Shown here: positions 60,798 to 64,000 of the stretch, one piece after another
How the letters are laid out: the number at the start of each line of letters is the position of its first letter
Position numbering within the stretch: the stretch's first letter is position 1
DNA from: Macrostomum lignano
Lineage: Eukaryota
Reading direction: 5' to 3'
DNA: 64,000 bases
Assembly: GCA_002269645.1 (NCBI GenBank)
Contig: NIVC01001674.1
Location: 62,001-126,000, forward strand
The notes under the pieces: generated by a model
Database searches by the model: none
What the model was told of the DNA's origin: nothing
What the model saw: only the letters and a program-made list of their open reading frames with translations
Position numbers and translations under genes: made by a program

Positions 60798-63700
60798 GTT
60801 CAGACTGATCAACCTCAGCACTCAAGTCGTCCTCTTCGTCTTCCACAGTAGCTACATTTTGCAGGGCACGCTCATTCAACAGCCTTCGAACCTCCTGGTT
60901 ATCTCTTCGAGCGAAATCAGGAGGTGCATGTCCAACACCTTTGCGCCCCTGGTGTTGACTCTTACAGTGCCGATTAAGATCATGTGGAAGACCACGGACT
61001 GTTCGGCAGTTTCGCAAATTTCGACCAGCCCTTTAGCAGGACAAACAGTAGTGCACATCCTGTGCAATTACTCTTTTGGGTTGCTTGGCTTCTAACTGAC
61101 TTGGGCCAGAATTACTAACAGACTTTCGCTTGCGATTGTTAGAATTAGAAATAGGCTGCAGCTGATTTGGGGTTGCAAAAAATCCCCAGCCTTCTTTAAG
61201 ACCTGTCTTAGGACCAGCTGCCTTTGATGAAGTAGAAGCAGCCGAAAAACCTGTTTTAGTGAAAGGGTTTTATTGGGGCTACTTAAGGGGTTTAAAATAA
61301 TGTTGCTATAGAATAGATAGAAAGGGCGGGGATTAATATAATATGGTAATAATGAAAATGGTCTTGGTCTGATGACTCTGATTTTGAATGCTACATACAT
61401 TCTACCTACAGGCACAGCCTACAGCTTTGGATTGCATTGCTACATATATACAAAACTAATTAACTAACTGTATTGTCTAAGAAAAGTAAGTCAAAAATTT
61501 ATAATAAGTCAACAATAAAATAAAGTTAAGTATGAGTATGGCAGTATCAGCTATCACCTATCAATCACTATCAAATCAATGTATGAGTCAGAGTCAGATC
61601 TCATGTAAATAATAGAATGTGAAATTAAACAATATACATACTTTATACTTATTGATGTTTGACTACACTACACTAAAATAGAACATATACATATATTGGA
61701 TTTGGATTGGATAAAAACTGGCCTACTTGTCGGAATCTGACAATCAATAACAATAACATGAATCATCATGAATGAATGACTAGACTTAAGACTTAATGAC
61801 TAGACTTGTCAATGTTAACAAAAGTATAGGCAAGGCTGTAGCCTGTAGCCTGTACTGTATGTATCATGTATGCTATGGGCATGGCTGCATTAGCTGATTA
61901 GCATAATATATTTAAAAGCAAAATTTGAGAATCAAGGCTATTCATATTGGTCCCTAGCTCAATGTTTAATATTCTGTCTAAAATTTATTTTCTTCAGAAC
62001 TTATAATTTATAATAAAAGATAAGAAAAGAATATTGAAAACAGGCAATTAGCAAACAGGCCACACTTACTAGAATCAATAGCTGAGCTAAGTGAGCTTGA
62101 AGTTGAATCCAAAGCTTTATCAATAGCATTGACATTATCAGAAGAAACTTCCATCTCCTCGACCTCGTCCTCAGTGTCAGTGTCAGTGACAGTGACAGTG
62201 TCACTAGTTTCCATTGGTGTTGCAACTTGCAATGGTATGGTTAAAGTTTCTGAGCCGATGAGCCTGGCTATATCAACACGACAACACAGTCGAGTCAACA
62301 CTGAATATTTATATTTCACTTCCTTCCTTGTGGATTCGATTGTGCTTACAAAGTTACACACAAGTTACACAACACAAGACAAGACAACAAGCGAAGCAAT
62401 CAGTATATTAGTATATACAAATACAATAATAATAGTTGCAAAAATCCAGGAGAGAGAACAGATCAATTTGAATGGTCTGAAGAACGAACTTGAAGAAGAC
62501 GAACTCGACGACGAAATTGCTAACAAATGTAATAAAATAAAACTGCAAATGCGCGAAATTTGCAACTTAAATCTTAACTTACCTGTATGTCATCTGTTGT
62601 AACGTGAAGAAATCTAAAATACTAAAGTAATTATTGTACAGAATTAGTTAATAAGTTAAAATAAATAACTGACTTACACAAAACTTTAGTAAAGTTTTGT
62701 TAACAATAAATCAGATTCAAAATTTACGTAATTTCAGCGTTTTAAAGATGAAAATAGATTTACCAATTCACTAAAATTGAACGATATACAATACTTTGTC
62801 GAAGTAATTGGGTTGTTTGCAGGTTTTTTAAACGTTTGTTCTTACGCCAATCACATGCAAATATTGTAGGCCGATTTTTGGACAGATTTTTCATGCGAAA
62901 ACTGTGTTGTGTACGCCAAGAACTCTGTACGCCATTTTTCGGACCGCGTGTACGCGAAACTGTACGCCATTTTTTTTGGGGGGGGGCTGATGTACGCCGG
63001 AAAATTCCGGCGTACGGACACCTTCCTGACTATGGAATGAAGCCAATTGTAAAAATGAGGGTTCATATGGCCAATTGAAATATCACCTTAAAGCGTGCTA
63101 GGAATAACAAATTAAATGAAAGGAATGAATAAAGGATATAGTAAAGCACAAATTTTGCAATAAAAAAATGAAAAAAAATTTCTAAGGCCCCTCTACTGTC
63201 AGTTAAAAATTTTCAATACGTTTTTCTTTGTGTTGTCATGAAAGGCCGTATTTTAAACAATTCAATTTGATATGCGGGTAACCTTTGCTCCATTTTGCCA
63301 AAAAGAGGCATCTCGGATGACTTGCCGCAAGGCAGCTGAGCCTCTGATGCGGAGATGAGGAAATTAAACATGTTTAATATGCAGATTTCCATGCTGAATG
63401 ACATGGTATAAGTCCCATTGCATGAAAGTTTGCCGCAAGGTTAATATTTAAGTTAACCTGCCAAAAAATGCGCGTCTACTTGTAGTAGATAAATGGTAAA
63501 TTTGCAGATTTTTTTTGTTTTTTTTATTTTGCTTTTTTCGATCAATATTATGTCCTTAATGAAACTGAATGCAAAGAGGGCATGTATAGGAACGTTGAAA
63601 GGTTTAAATAGTTATATAAACTTATAAAGTTTTTTTTGGGGGTCAACAAGGGAGGCTTCCGTTGGAAAGTCGCTGGATATTTAGACCCTAGCACAAGACG

Positions 63701-64000
63701 ATCCCAACAAGCGACCCCTAGCATTCGCTTGGTCAGCGACGCCAACTCCCTTTAGTTGAAGTCCAATGGAACATATGTGAATTGTTATGTAGACAATGGT
63801 GGCATGGAATATTTGAATTGCTTGTCAGTGTCAAATTTAAAGGGACACATGAATTACGAATTACAAAAAAGTTGTGATGTTCTCGGGGGAGCATGGCGAC
63901 ATTCAAGCAGATCAGTCAATGCAGTGTATCATTGTATACTTACAATAAATATGGTTATTGGATATAGAAAGCAAGAATGCTAAAGTGTGCATACAACATA

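Larger units (their letters stand above)
44200..61244 (-). pseudogene. Spliced hAT transposase interrupted by the LTR element and a premature stop
   Basis: Exons about 61244-60215, about 60159-59776, 59661-59379 (TITCDKST, catalytic D1), 59274-58931 (GIVADG D2; WDAAHYLNLA), 58829-58541, 58443-58330 + 45327-45271, 45161-44627, 44546-44200 (TEAIVES, catalytic E). Phases are consistent from exon 2 on; the first two exon starts are tentative. TAA at 61035-61033 lies inside a CxxC...HxxxxH finger. Confidence 0.85.
43994..63035 (-). mobile_element. hAT-superfamily DNA transposon (about 6.0 kb without the nested LTR element)
   Basis: Perfect 20-bp TIR CCATAGTCAGGAAGGTGTCC (43994-44013; revcomp 63016-63035); perfect 8-bp TSD AATGAAGC (43986-43993, 63036-63043); clustered subterminal GTACGCC motifs at both ends. 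Confidence 0.92.

Noticed and set aside
62001-62602. ORFs of 117 and 157 aa inside the hAT 5' region
   Set aside because: Low-complexity (GTGTCA and acidic runs), overlapping on both strands, with no domain or convincing splice link to the transposase.

Overview
This is eukaryotic (metazoan) genomic DNA: spliced GT-AG genes sit among dense micro- and minisatellites and transposons. The style fits a repeat-rich invertebrate such as a macrostomid flatworm (inference only). Host genes are a complete 5-exon phosphoglycerate kinase (minus, 5803-9164), a 3-exon ankyrin-repeat + Mab-21/cGAS-like nucleotidyltransferase with one frameshift (plus, 26246-29547), a 7-exon tetraspanin (plus, 31897-35755), and several unassigned minus-strand ORFs at 11.4-24 kb, one carrying about 57 S/T-P-x-K motifs. 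The right third is a nested pair. A 6-kb hAT DNA transposon (43994-63035, 20-bp TIRs, 8-bp TSD, intron-containing transposase) has received, inside a transposase exon, a young 13-kb Ty3/Gypsy LTR retrotransposon (45333-58329, 872-bp LTRs ending in TATA, 5-bp TSD). The standout feature is that this retroelement places a glycoprotein gene BETWEEN gag and pol. Gag, signal peptide, Env ectodomain, TM anchor and PR-RT-RH-IN all lie in one reading frame (about 2450 codons) broken only by two in-frame TGA codons, and extra ORFs follow pol. Exon boundaries, TSDs and LTR differences were read by eye; no database searches were run.
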